NCBI GenBank assembly: GCA_965261735.1
Contig: OZ253470.1
Span: forward strand, 1,632,001-1,696,000
Reading direction: 5' to 3'
DNA: 64,000 nucleotides
DNA from: Alphaproteobacteria bacterium
GTDB taxonomy: Bacteria; Pseudomonadota; Alphaproteobacteria; SHVV01
The notes beneath the pieces were generated by a model that was not told the origin of the DNA, made no database searches, and saw only the letters and a list, made by a program, of their open reading frames with translations. This document shows, in pieces, positions 1 to 10,931 of this stretch. The first letter of the stretch is position 1; each line of letters starts with the position of its first letter. Position numbers and translations under genes: made by a program.

Positions 1-961
1 GAAGGCGTTGAACGGGTAGAACCGCCTGTTGAATAGGTGCTGGTGGCTAACGCCGTGGTGAGATACCGATCAGCCACGTCTTCAGGTTGGCGAAAACCAG
101 ATGGATGATCGGCAGGTATTGCTCGGCAACCTCTGGATCACCACACTCGGCAACAGCGAAGTGCTCATAGCCGCGCTTACCGAGGCCAGCATAGCCGCTC
201 CAATCGTCAGTAACGATCAGCGATCGCGGCGCGACGGTGCTCTCGACGAACCCACAGAGCGACTCGGCGCTACGGTCGAGCACGACGGCGAGCCGAACGC
301 GTCCGGCATAGCGTCCGTCTTTCCGGTTGTCGAGCTTGGTGCCCGGCTTTCGATGACGCACCTCGATGGCACAGGAGACGGGAACCTTGTGGTGAACACC
401 ACGGCCTTCCCCACGCGTTCGCCCGCCAACCCAGGTTTCGTCCACCTCAACATGGTTCTTGGGCTGTCCACCGATCCTGTCTTGGTTGGGCCGCACCATG
501 CCCGAGCGGAGCTTGTGGAGAATTTGAAAGGCCGTCTCGTAGCGCGAAAGACCAAGTTGCCGCTGAAACTGCACGGCGGACATGCCGGGCGTCTGACTGG
601 CGACCAGATAAGCGGCCCAGAACCAGACGTTCAGCGGAGTGTGGCTACGCTCCATCACTGTTCCCACCGTCAGCCCGGTGTTCTGGCGGCACTTGCGGCA
701 GCGCAGGACGCCAGGGCGGTTTTCAAAGTGGAACGGCTCTCCCGCCGTGCCGCAGTGCGGGCAGGCAAAGCCGTCTCCCCAGCGGGCTTTCTCCAGGTAG
801 GCGGCGCAGGCCGCATCATCGGGGAAAAGTCGCTGGAACTCGGGTAGCGAATGCGGGAATGGGAGATCGGCGCGGTCGAGAACATCCATGGCGCGCTCCC
901 CTATATCCGGGTTGCGCCCATTCTAGCCCTAGTGGGTGTGGGTGTAAACCGGATAGGCAAG
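1..961 (-). mobile_element. IS1595-family insertion sequence, copy A (right end outside window)
   Basis: Near-identical to the intact copy at 35355-36459. Left IR reads AACCGGATAGGCAAG ending at 961. Confidence 0.93.
47..889 (-). pseudogene. IS1595-family DDE transposase with damaged 3' end
   Basis: N-terminal Zn ribbon (CPHC...CRKC), VEVDET and TDDW motifs. Versus the other copies it has an extra A near 61 and a ~30-bp deletion near 33. Confidence 0.88.
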
Positions 962-1610
962 CGCCGAACACCGCCGAGTTCTCGTCGGTGCCAGGTGGCC
1001 GCTTGATCCACATTGCGGTGAACTTGTCGAAGACTGGGTCCCGGGTGCCCCAGTCCTTCTCCCAGACCTCAACCGGGGTGGGCACAGCCAAACGCGTGTC
1101 GTCCTGCGCGTCCTTGCCGGTATCCGATCCCGGCTTATCCGGCTTAGGCAGCGGTGGCTTCGGCGTCGGCGGCTGCGCCTCGCGTTTCGCCTTCACCGCC
1201 AGCATAAAGCGATTGACGAACGGCTCGATACGGCTCGGGTCCATGACGTACGCTTCGTACACCATGATATCGTCGATCTCCGCTTCCGGCGGCAGGGACA
1301 TCGACAGCGTGAATTTGCCCTCGAACAGGGTGGGGCTGCGCCAGTTCTTGGCCGGCATGAACTCGCCATCGACCACTTGGAACAGTTTCATCTGGCCGGG
1401 TTGCTCGTCGCGCTTGAAGTAGTCGTTCTCGGCGTCGGTGACAAATGCGATGCGGGTCTGCGAATTGATGTGCGCATCACGCTGCAATCCCTTTCCGGGC
1501 TCACGGTCCTTGAAGTGGAATTTGCTCGGGAACCGTACGCCCTCCCATTCCTTCTCGACCGCTTCGACGGCGTAGGGCTTGGATGGGTTGGCGATGCGGA
1601 AGCCTCCACG
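962..1610 (-). pseudogene. Internal fragment of a hypothetical protein, cut by IS1595
   Basis: Protein-like central part of ORF 816-1790 that runs into the IS1595 left end at 961. Confidence 0.45.
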
Positions 1611-1778
1611 ATCCTTTAGGTACACTGCCGCAGAACAGAACCGCGAGAATAGCCGAGCAGTCGTCTCATCGAGATCCTTCAAAATACCTAGCGTTCGCAT
1701 CGACGTCGTTTCGGGCTCTCGCACCTGTCCTGCCAGCACTCGAGTCCACAAGGCCTGCATCTCCTCAGACGACACATC
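1611..1778 (-). pseudogene. DUF2806-like domain fragment
   Basis: SSEEMQALWTRVLAGQVREPETTSMRTLGILKDLD resembles the DUF2806 signature; only ~55 codons remain. Confidence 0.55.
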
Positions 1779-3908
1779 CGGCCAGGGCACCTACGAGGTC
1801 GAGGTGATGGACACCTCGCCGCCGATCGTGGCGCCGGACCCGGATCCCGAGGATCCGCCGGTCACGCAGGAGCAGGTTCAGCAGCAGCCTCCGGCATTTG
1901 GCTCTCAGTTGTACGGTTTCGAACTCCCGGAGAACACGGACGGCAGCGCGAACCGGATATCGCTGGGCACGGTCCTGGCGACGGATCCGGACGGCGGTTC
2001 GGTGACCTACAGCATCGAAGGCGGCAACGCGGCGGGGCTGTTCGAGATCGACGCGGCCAGCGGCGAGCTGTTCTACACGGGCGGGGGCGAGGACTACGAC
2101 ACCGGTTCCACCAGCTTCGAGCTGACTGTCCGGGCGAGCGACGGGGATCAGACGACCGACACCACCGTGGCAGTCAACGTCACTGACGTGGATGAGCCGG
2201 TGGTGGTCGATCCGCCGGTTACGCAACCGGATCAGAGTACGCCGCAGACGGTATCGGAACCTTCCGGAGAGGACTTCTCGGCGGGTACCTCCGCTAGCGG
2301 GCGGGTGGCGGTCGGCGACACGGCCACGGGCAACATCGGGAGCAATGGCGACCGCGACTGGTTTGCGGTCGAGCTGGTGGCGGGCCGGACCTACGTCATC
2401 GATCTGAGAGGCAGCCCCACGGACGACGGCACGCTGAGCGATCCCTATCTGCGCGGCGTCTACGATGCAGACGGCAATCTCATTCCGCGTACGACGAACG
2501 ACGACGGGGGCCAGGGCTACAACAGCCGGGTGACCTTCACGGCAACCGAGAGCGGGACCCACTACATCGCGGCGGGGGCCTATTTCGGCCAGGGCACCTA
2601 CGAGGTCGAGGTGACGGACACCTCGCCGCCGATCATGGCGCCGGACCCGGATCCCGAGGATCCGCCGGACAGGCAGGAGCAGGTTCAGCAGCAGCCACCG
2701 GCATTCGGCTCTCAGTTCTACGCCTTCGATCTGGCGGAGAACACGGACGGCAGCGCGGACCGGATGTCGCTGGGCACGGTTTCGGCGACGGATCCGGACG
2801 GCGGTTCGGTGACCTACAGCATCGAGGGCGGCAACGGGTCGGGGCAGTTCGAGATCGACGCGGCCAGCGGCGAGCTGTTCTACACGGGGGGGGCGAGGAC
2901 TACGAGACCGGTTCTACCAGCTTCGAGTTGACCGTCCGGGCGAGCGACGGGGATCAGACGACCGCCACGTCCGTGACCGTCAATGTCACGGACGTGGCGG
3001 AAGCACCGGCATTTGGGCAGGCGGGCCACGCCTTCGATCTGGCCGAGGACACGGACGGCAGCACGAACCGAATATCGCTGGGCACGGTCTCGGCGACGGA
3101 TCCGGACGGCGGGTCTGTGACCTACAGCATCGAGGGCGGCAACGCGGCGGGGCTGTTCGAGATCGACGCGGCCAGCGGCGAGCTGTTCTACACGGGCGGG
3201 GGCGAGGACTACGAGACCGGTTCCACCAGCTTCGAGCTGACTGTCCGGGCGAGTGACGGCGATCAGACGACCGACACCACCGCGACCGTCAGCGTCACCG
3301 ACGTGGATGAGCCGGTGGAGGTCGATCCACCTGTTGCGCAACCGGATCAGAGTACGCCGCAGACGGTCTCGGAACCTGCCGGAGAGGACTTCTCGGCGGG
3401 CACCTCCGCGAGCGGGCGGGTGACGGTCGGCGACACGGCCACGGGCAACATCGGGAGCAACGGCGACCGCGACTGGTTCGCGGTCGAACTGGTGGCGGGC
3501 CGGACCTACGTCATCGATCTGAGAGGCAGCCCCACGGACGACGGCACGCTGAGCGATCCCTATCTGGGCGGCATCCACGATTCCGACGGCAATCTCATTC
3601 CGCATACGACGAACGACGACGGGGGCCAAGGCTACAACAGCCGGGTGACCTTCACGGCAACCGAGAGCGGGACCCACTACATCGCGGCGGGCGCGGCGGG
3701 GGTCTTTTCCGGCCGGGGCACCTACGAGGTCGAGGTGACGGACACCTCGCCTCCGATCGTGAGGCTGGACGCGTATGCCGGGGATCCGCCGGGCACTAGG
3801 GATTCGGACGCGGTGCGCGAAGGTGCGGTCGACTACTACCGATACGGGGTGACGGCAGCCGACCCCGCGGCCGTCCAGTCCCTGGAAGAAGTGATTGATG
3901 TGATCTGA
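1779..3908 (+). pseudogene. Cadherin-repeat / PPC-domain surface protein (5'-truncated, frameshift at ~2890)
   Basis: Three cadherin units (ATDPDGGSVTYSI...FEIDAASGEL...LTVRASDG) and two full PPC units (GDRDWFAVEL...NDDGGQGYNSRVTF). ORFs 1579-2931 and 2928-3908 join across a G8 tract. Confidence 0.8.
1780..3760 (+). repeat. Intragenic near-identical DNA repeats of cadherin/PPC modules
   Basis: GGCC(A/G)GGGCACCTACGAGGTCGAGGTGA recurs at ~1780, ~2587 and ~3711. Cadherin-coding DNA recurs at ~1930, ~2735 and ~3045. Confidence 0.9.
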
Positions 3909-3949
3909 GGCCGAAGGTTGGCGGCGGTTGTCACCGGACTCTTCTGTGG

Positions 3950-5388
3950 GCGATCTGCACCATCTCGCTCCTGATCTGGATGCGCTTCGAAGATGACTCG
4001 CTCGATTTCTCGCAACAACTCGTCGGTCATGCCGCCCGACGAGCACAGCTCCTCAACAAACTGTTGCGACAGGTATTGCACGCGAGCATAGCTCATCGGT
4101 CCATTAGCATCGGAGCCGTTGAGGCATCGGGTAATCGGATCGCCAGCCGCCCATGTGATCTTCACTTTACCGTCGGCGAGCAACGACTGTGCTCTGACGA
4201 GGAACGAAGGGTTTGCGGCTTCAACGCCCGCCCACGCCTCCTCCGATATGGAATCGCCGCCGGCCGCGGTCACGTCTGCGAGCGCCGTCTTGCCCGATCC
4301 CCTAGCCCCAATGATTGCGACCAGGCCGGCATTGAGTGGGTTACGGGTGTCTGCATCCAAGGCGAGTCGATTACTTCGATTTCAGAAATGACCTGCGAAG
4401 GTGTCGCCAAGGACGGTGGCTCCGCGCCGACATAGGACCGGCCGCGAGGATCGATGCAAGCCTGTCGGAGCGAGTCAAATTCCAGCTCATCCTTTATCCA
4501 AGAGAACCGGTCGCCGAACGGCATTGCGACATCGTCCAGCATGTGAGCGTCGCTGCCGTGCAGGCAGGGCTTCAAGCCCCCATAACGGGTGCGGATTTCC
4601 TCCGGGTTCAAATCCCGCCCTCCGAGCCAGAAGTCGCGCTGCGCCTGACTGCTCGCGAAGATCACGTCCGCGAAGCTTTCGATCTCTCTACGCAATGTTT
4701 GGTCGGCGGCTTCCCTGACGCCGGACGTCCCGTCGTTTGCGCCTCCTGCAACGGGATCGTGTCCCGCGGAGTGGTGTAAGAGCGTTGCGCTCTACGCGGC
4801 TCCCGGCGGGTAGGGCCGGGACGTTCAGGCTGCCACGGTGGGCAGCGTGATGGGGACACCATCGCTCAGCGGAGCGATGGATTCCAGCGTCATGTATCTC
4901 CTTGAGACGGCCCACTCGTCGTTCTGCTCGAGAAGGATGGCGTCGACGATCGTCGGATCGGCTTTCTTGCTGAGGCGTATGAGCTCCGCACGCGTACAGT
5001 CGAAGCGATCCTGCTGTACGGTGAAGTGTAGGCGCGACAAGAGACGTTGCAGCTCAGCAACATGGTCCGGATCTTCGGGACTGACAATCAGGTGCAGGTT
5101 TACGAAACTACCCTTCGCCGTTGCCACGTCGACTCTAACTTCGACGTTTGGAAAGATGAGTCTCGCCGACGGCAACCGTCCAGCCCGTTTGTAGTCTAAA
5201 ACCCGCTCATACGTTTATGTAACGTAATAGTCGGTAACCGCGATTGCCTCGATGTGGGGTATCGCCGCTTCGAGCGCCGATAGATAGTCCTCCCACGCTG
5301 TGGGCCCCTTGAACTGATTGTTCATCACCGTACCTGGCGCGTGAATATGCGGCTCCCAACGGCACCATTCGGATCCTCAGCTAATCAT
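3950..5388 (-). pseudogene. PHP-domain + P-loop ATPase (TrlF/Ppl-like), fragmented
   Basis: N-terminus MIS*GSEWCRWEPHIHAPGT...AVTDYY, PNVE, CLHGSDAH, and Walker A GARGSGKT. It has in-frame stops, a frameshift, an IS256 fragment inside, and lacks its C-terminus. Confidence 0.75.
4755..4945 (-). mobile_element. IS256-family right-end remnant
   Basis: Matches 39179-39365 (IR GATCGTGTCCCGCGGAGTGGTGTAA and transposase tail ...ITLPTVAA). Confidence 0.92.
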
Positions 5389-5528
5389 GTTTCCCCTTTA
5401 TCCGCCTTCCCTTAGTCGACAAGTCGATGGAGAGCCACGAAGTCGCTCGTGCTATAGTTTACGAGCCAGCCTTTCGCGCATACCGGTGTCAATGTCCGCT
5501 GCAGCAAGCATGACGGTCGGCGCCTTTG

Positions 5529-6392
5529 TCACCATGAAATCTCGAAGCGTTCCTTTATGACCGGCATCCTGCCCCAGGGCTCGCCGGGCAACCGATCGAC
5601 AAGGATCGTGAACACTCGGCGAAACGAAGCCGCTGTCGACTCTTCGGTCAGGGCTTCCGCCTGGGCGGCCGGCAGCAACGGGCGGATGTCGAACAAGAAG
5701 CGCGGATTGGCGAGCTTGGCGAACATGCGCTCCTGGGCTTGGGCTCGAGAGATGGTCTGGCCGGAAAGGCCGAGATACCGCGCGAACATTTCGATGATGC
5801 GGTCGACATTGAGGTCCTCGAAGACCTCCAGAGCGTGCGCGAGGTCATAGAGGTCGCGCCCCTTGTCGCGTTGCAGCAGCGCGCGAAGCTTGGTCGCCAG
5901 CATCTCCTCGCGAGAAAATGTCGAAATGTCCGCCTTACCCGAAAACCACGGATTCTCGATCTCCAGCGGCAACGACGCTGAACCATCGAAAGCTTGGATC
6001 TCGCGGGTGTTGATCTCGATCTTTAGCCGGATCGGTACGCCGCTGCCGTCCTCGGCCTCTACCCGGAAGCGAAACTTCGGTGCCACAGGACTCTGATCGA
6101 ACTGCGCGCGCCCCAGCCAAGGTTCCAGAATGACGCGCAACCGATCGAGGATCGAACCGATCGGCCCGGCCGACGTGCGCACCAGGTCGATATCCTCCGA
6201 ATAGCGCAGCGGCGCCGGAAAGTGCAGCTTGTTGAGCGCCGTTCCACCACGAATTCGCAACGCGTCGCGCAACACTTCGTCCGAGAAGATATCCACCACA
6301 GCACGGCCGATGATGAGGTCCTGCTCTACCTGTCGCTGGTCGGCCCAGGGAACGGCATTGCCCCAGGCCACGATGTTCTGCGCCGGAATCAT
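5529..6392 (-). CDS. abiEii: AbiEii-family nucleotidyltransferase toxin (type IV TA)
   Basis: RGGTALNKLHF...RYSEDIDL and KLRALLQRDKGRDLYD motifs. ATG at 6392 overlaps the abiEi stop (ATGA). Confidence 0.88.
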   Translation of the reverse strand: MIPAQNIVAWGNAVPWADQRQVEQDLIIGRAVVDIFSDEVLRDALRIRGGTALNKLHFPAPLRYSEDIDLVRTSAGPIGSILDRLRVILEPWLGRAQFDQSPVAPKFRFRVEAEDGSGVPIRLKIEINTREIQAFDGSASLPLEIENPWFSGKADISTFSREEMLATKLRALLQRDKGRDLYDLAHALEVFEDLNVDRIIEMFARYLGLSGQTISRAQAQERMFAKLANPRFLFDIRPLLPAAQAEALTEESTAASFRRVFTILVDRLPGEPWGRMPVIKERFEISW

Positions 6393-7216
6393 GCGTCGAC
6401 CTGCGGCACGCGTCGCACGATGATGCACCATCGCAGATCGCGCTGGCGCGGCTCAGGCGCGAAGTCAGGATCCCGTGCCTCCTGCCGGTCGAGCTCAGTC
6501 CAGGGTAGCGATCCTCGTGTCCGCAGCGTGTCCAGCATCGGTCCCGTCAGGGCGTCATGGCCGAGATGCTCCAGCAGATACCCAAGACGCTGCACGACCG
6601 GCCGCTCCGCCCGAGCCGACAGGGTGGCGAGTTGCTCCGGGTCGATCTTCTGCCCGAGGTCCGAGAGGACCGTAGCGACATTGTCGATGCCGGCCGATGC
6701 CTGCGGATAGCGTAGCAGGTCAAGGGCGGTCAAAGCGGCCGACGAGATCTTCATCGTACCGGTATCGGTCTTGCGGTCCTCGACCCCCGCCCTCACCGCT
6801 TCCATGTCCTTGCGGAAATAAAAGACGATCAGGCTGCGGCCGGCGCGGATCCTTGGCAGGCGCTTCGCCGTGACGACCTGAAACTCCATGACGGCCTGAT
6901 GCGTCGCACCGTGTAGCTCCGCAGCCTTCAGAAGCCCCACGTAATAGGCCGGATCCTCACGGAGCATGAGCGCATCGATGTACCAAGTCGGTGGCGGCGC
7001 CCCCCATGACGCATATTGCGGCGGGACGACGACATAGAAGCCTTGCCGCGGGTTCAGCAGCGCTTCGCGGCGTTGCAACCTTTCAGCGGCATCCAGGAAC
7101 GCGCCGTGCCCGACGCCAAGCGCCTGCTCGGCCTCCTCGGCGGTGAAAACCGTCCTACCAGCGGAGAGCAGACCGCTGACATAGCTTGACAGGGCGGATC
7201 GCCGATCATGAATCAT
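6389..7216 (-). CDS. abiEi: AbiEi-family antitoxin / transcriptional regulator
   Basis: GFYVVVPPQY...YYVGLLKAAELHGATHQA...TALDLLRY motifs. Lies directly upstream of abiEii. Confidence 0.88.
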   Translation of the reverse strand: MIHDRRSALSSYVSGLLSAGRTVFTAEEAEQALGVGHGAFLDAAERLQRREALLNPRQGFYVVVPPQYASWGAPPPTWYIDALMLREDPAYYVGLLKAAELHGATHQAVMEFQVVTAKRLPRIRAGRSLIVFYFRKDMEAVRAGVEDRKTDTGTMKISSAALTALDLLRYPQASAGIDNVATVLSDLGQKIDPEQLATLSARAERPVVQRLGYLLEHLGHDALTGPMLDTLRTRGSLPWTELDRQEARDPDFAPEPRQRDLRWCIIVRRVPQVDA

Positions 7217-7223
7217 ATCCCAC

Positions 7224-7305
7224 TATCCGCTTAGTATACGGATATATCAACATATATTACATATAATCTGGTCTAGTGACGAACTATCCGAATATAGTAC
7301 GGACA
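7224..7305. promoter_or_regulatory. Two palindromic operators upstream of abiEi
   Basis: TATCCG-N9-CGGATA (7224-7244) and TATCCG-N9-CGGACA (7285-7305) in an AT-rich promoter region. Confidence 0.65.
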
Positions 7306-7771
7306 ATACAGCACGATTTGCCCATCTAAACATCGTGGCTTCATCGACCGCTGATGTCATCAGTTCTCCGCTTCGGTCAGGTCCGTCTTGTTGACCGGAG
7401 TCGAGTGTCGCCCTTGGACGGTCGGGTGGAGTCAAAGCATTAGCGTGCCGATCGGCATCGATCCGGCACTCAGATCAATACGCCGGTCTGGCGCACACTA
7501 CCAATCACCGTGCCATAAGCGCCTCGGGTACGCCGGGACTAGTTCCTCAGAATACCAACGGGCTCAACAAGGAGGTGGCCCGGCGAAACAAGGCGATCGG
7601 CGAACTACCAGCAAGAGGCGCCCGAGCGCTGCTGCCTGATCACCACCGCCGCCGCCCGGCAGCGGCCCGAGCTGCGGGCGTTCCGGGCATGGATCCTGCG
7701 CGAGGCCGCGCTGCCGCCGCCCGCCGCCGCCGGCTTCCCGAGCCAGCCCTGACCCGGGGCGCCGCGTTCCT

Positions 7772-8149
7772 TCAGCGCGCCGGTCCGTCCGGCGCTTCCG
7801 AGAGCCATGGCCCCAGGCTGTCGCCATAGGCAAAGAGCGCCGGCTGGCCGCCGGTGTGGATGAACAGCACCCGGCTGCCCGCCGCGATCCGCCCCGAACG
7901 CACATGCGCAATCAGCCCCGCCATCGCCTTCCCCGTGTAGACCGGGTCGAGCAGCAGCCCCTCCTGGCGCGCCGCCACGGCCATTGCCTCGCCCACGGCG
8001 TCGTTGAGTCTGCCATAGCCCGGCCCGAGCACCGCGTCGGAGACCTCGACGCCGCCCGCATCGAACGCATCCGGGCGTTCGATCATCGCCGCGAGCGCGG
8101 TCGCCACCCGCGCCACCCGGGCGGCCTGGCCCACAGCATCACGGCGCAC
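7772..8149 (-). pseudogene. D-cysteine desulfhydrase / ACC deaminase family, 3' fragment
   Basis: GPGYG...EGLLLDPVYTGKAMAGL...VLFIHTGG motifs. The N-terminal two-thirds, including the PLP lysine, are absent. Confidence 0.85.
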
Positions 8150-8178
8150 GCCCCGCCGGTATGGAGCCGGCGGGGCGT
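8148..8178. terminator. GC-rich hairpin after parB-like gene
   Basis: ACGCCCCGCCGG-tatggag-CCGGCGGGGCGT, a perfect 12-bp stem, 25 nt past the stop at 8204. Confidence 0.6.
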
Positions 8179-8203
8179 TGTTGTGAGGGAAGAACGCGGT
8201 GGA

Positions 8204-10729
8204 TCAGCCGCGGCGCAGGAAAGCCGGTATCTCCAGCAACCCCGCATTGTCGTCGCGGCCGTTGCCACGCGGCGGGGCCAGGACCTGTTCCCGCTCTACG
8301 GACACGTCATGGTCACCCGCGCCCGCGTCGCCGGCGGGCGGGTCGGCCGCTTCCGGTGAGGACGCCGCGACCGGGGGCGTTGCATCCGCGTTCATGCCCG
8401 AGGCGAGTGCGGCGGCGCGGCATTCGGCCACGGCGGGAGCATCGATGCTCTCGACGACGGAATGAACGCGTGCGTTCATGGGCTGCTGTGCCTCCACCGG
8501 AGTGGGTGCGGCGGCGGCGGCCGGCAGTGCATCGGCTTCCATAGCGTCGTCTTGCGGGGCTTCGCCATCCGCGGCCGATGGGTCGACACTGCTGTGTTCC
8601 AGCGCATCGACCGATGGCGTATCGATCTTCGACGGTTGCGGTTCGGGGGCGGTTGTCCCTTCGTCATCAGCCGAGGCGCTGTCGTCGACGGTGCCGGTAT
8701 CGAAGGCGCGGAAGCCGGGCGGCGTCCAGGCGATGGCCGCGGCGCGGCCCTCGGCCGTGACCCCGGCGGGCACATCGCCGCAGTGGGCGAAGGCGTCCTG
8801 CATCGCCTTGGCGATCTCCGCTTTCTTCTGTTTCGCCTCGGCTTGCGCCCAGGCCTCGCCCAGCGTTTCGCGGGCGATGGCGAGGATGCGGTCCTTGCGC
8901 AGCCGCGACCACAGCAGATCGGCGGTCCAGAGCTGATCGCTGTTGCCCCGGACGGCGGCTGCGAAATCGGTGTCGAGCCGGGCCACGGTCGCTTCGACCT
9001 CGGGCCGGGCTTTGGGTTCGAACGCCAGTTGACCTTTCAGCGTGCGCGCGACACAGGACGCGAACAGGGTCCGTTTGTCCCGCTCGGGAAGCGCCCGCAG
9101 CTCGGCGAAGGCCTCGGTATCGGACAGGCCGGTCCAGTCGAGCTTTTGTGCGGCACTGTCGATCTCGAGGTGCTTCTCGCCGATATTAATGTCGCCGAAA
9201 GCATCGTCGTTGACTCGCATGGCCGGACGGTCCGGGGTCTCAACTGCTCTTATGTCGAGCGCGTCGTCATGGTAGCCGTTGGTGAACACGCTGCGGGCAA
9301 GCTGGAACAGCAGCAGATCGAAGGCCGCCTCGAAGTCGCAGGCGAGCTGGCTCTTGACGATGGCCGTGCGGATGGCCCGCAAGTCGTCGGCAAGGCCGAT
9401 GCCGACGCCCGCTTCCTTGCGCGCCTCGGCTTCCGCATCGCCGGGCGAAGCGAGGGGAGCCGCAAGTGTGGGAGCCTCGATGTTGGAACTGGCGCTCTCC
9501 CCGTCGCCGGTATCGTCTTGTCCGGCCATGTTCGCATCGCCTGCATCGCGCGCGGGCATGTCCTCGGGCCGGACCAGGCCCTGGATCAGTTTGAGTTCGC
9601 CATCGTTGCCGATGGTGGCGATGCACCCGGCGATGGCGATATCCTCGCGACGGTAGACCGCGCGGGCCCCGATCACGGCTTCGATCTCGTCCAGGCGCGT
9701 CTCGTTGGCTTCGGCTTCTTCGACCAGCTCTTCGGTCCAGTCCTCGTCGTCCATGCTGGCGAGTTCGTCGTTGCGGGTCCTCAAGCGTTCGATCTCGGCC
9801 TTCTCCTCGTCCGTCGGCTCGGCCGGTTGCGGACGCACCCGCCCGAAGGCGGCGGTGGCGCTCCAGTCCATGTCGAGCCGCGCCTCGGCCCATTTCCAGC
9901 GCGTCTCCAGTTCCCTCGCCGCCACTTGTAGACTGTCCATGGCGAGCTTGTTCAAGAGATCGGGATCGTCGAACCAGATCCCCCGCTCGTCCTCCTCGGC
10001 GAACAGGTCGCGGTCGATCTTGCCGCCCGCCGCCTCGTAAGCCTCGATGCCGACGAAACGCGCGATGGCGGAGGTGGCCGGAACCCGGTCCTCGGTCAGC
10101 AGGCGCTTGATCTGCCAGGCGCCGGGCCGGTAGCCCTGCTGGCCCACCGTCTCCCAGACCGCGCTCTGGCGCGCCTGATCCGTGGTGACGGCGAAGGCCA
10201 TCAATGTTTCCAGATCGATCTCGCCCGCCCGGTAGGCTTCGAGCAGCACCGGTGCGGCGTTGCCGAGCCGCAGCCGTTTCTCCACGGTGCGTTCCGAGAC
10301 CCCGAAGCGCGCTGCGATGGCCGCGGCCGTGCTGCCCGCATCGGCCAGGCGGCGGAATGCCTCGACCTGATCGGCCGGGTGCATGGCGGCGCGGACACTG
10401 TTCTCGGCCAGTGAAACTTCTTCGGCCGCCACGATAGCGCCGATCATGCGGCAGGGCACGGGGTGGTCCTCTTCCAGCGCGCCCTCGGCGGCCAGCGCCT
10501 GCATTGCGGCCAACCGCCGTCCGCCGGCGATCACCGCGTAGCGCCCGATACCATCCGGGCCGGGTCCCATGGAACGGGCAATCAGGTTCTCGAGCAGCCC
10601 GTGGGCAGCGATCGAGGCCTTGAGCTCGGTGAAGGCTGAAGCATCGGCTGGCGTCTTGCGCACATTGCCGGTCGAGAGTTCGAGTTGGGACAGCGGGATG
10701 TCGCGGATATCGCGTTCGGGGTCGTGCAT
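8204..10729 (-). CDS. Plasmid/ICE-type large ParB/RepB/Spo0J family protein
   Basis: NVRKT...LKASIAAHGLLENL...VIAGGRRLAA...SLAENSVRAAMHPADQ and an HTH. GGAG RBS precedes ATG 10729. Long acidic C-terminal tail. Confidence 0.88.
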   Translation of the reverse strand: MHDPERDIRDIPLSQLELSTGNVRKTPADASAFTELKASIAAHGLLENLIARSMGPGPDGIGRYAVIAGGRRLAAMQALAAEGALEEDHPVPCRMIGAIVAAEEVSLAENSVRAAMHPADQVEAFRRLADAGSTAAAIAARFGVSERTVEKRLRLGNAAPVLLEAYRAGEIDLETLMAFAVTTDQARQSAVWETVGQQGYRPGAWQIKRLLTEDRVPATSAIARFVGIEAYEAAGGKIDRDLFAEEDERGIWFDDPDLLNKLAMDSLQVAARELETRWKWAEARLDMDWSATAAFGRVRPQPAEPTDEEKAEIERLRTRNDELASMDDEDWTEELVEEAEANETRLDEIEAVIGARAVYRREDIAIAGCIATIGNDGELKLIQGLVRPEDMPARDAGDANMAGQDDTGDGESASSNIEAPTLAAPLASPGDAEAEARKEAGVGIGLADDLRAIRTAIVKSQLACDFEAAFDLLLFQLARSVFTNGYHDDALDIRAVETPDRPAMRVNDDAFGDINIGEKHLEIDSAAQKLDWTGLSDTEAFAELRALPERDKRTLFASCVARTLKGQLAFEPKARPEVEATVARLDTDFAAAVRGNSDQLWTADLLWSRLRKDRILAIARETLGEAWAQAEAKQKKAEIAKAMQDAFAHCGDVPAGVTAEGRAAAIAWTPPGFRAFDTGTVDDSASADDEGTTAPEPQPSKIDTPSVDALEHSSVDPSAADGEAPQDDAMEADALPAAAAAPTPVEAQQPMNARVHSVVESIDAPAVAECRAAALASGMNADATPPVAASSPEAADPPAGDAGAGDHDVSVEREQVLAPPRGNGRDDNAGLLEIPAFLRRG

Positions 10730-10931
10730 GTCGGTCTCCGGGATTGCGTGAATGCGGAACCGGGCGGGGACACCCTCTTCGGTATCCGCCCTCGCCCGCC
10801 TTCGGCTCAAGCTCTCGCTCTCGCCGGCGTAACGGAACCGGATGGACCCGGAACGGTTGGACCGTGCAAGGACAGCTGGATCGATCGCCGCCGTTCCAGC
10901 GCCGGGCAGGCCGCCATGGGCAGGCGCGGTG

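Noticed and set aside
816-1790. 324-aa ORF as a real gene
   Set aside because: It is a chance in-frame chimera of a DUF2806-like fragment, an unrelated fragment and the IS1595 end.
1780-3760. Regularly recurring DNA repeats as a possible CRISPR array or DGR template/variable repeat
   Set aside because: The repeats are hundreds of bp long and encode in-frame protein domains. There are no unique spacers, cas genes, reverse transcriptase or adenine-specific divergence.
7600-7770. GCC-rich low-complexity tract and short ORFs
   Set aside because: No defined repeat unit or recognisable protein; consistent with GC-rich intergenic sequence or gene debris.
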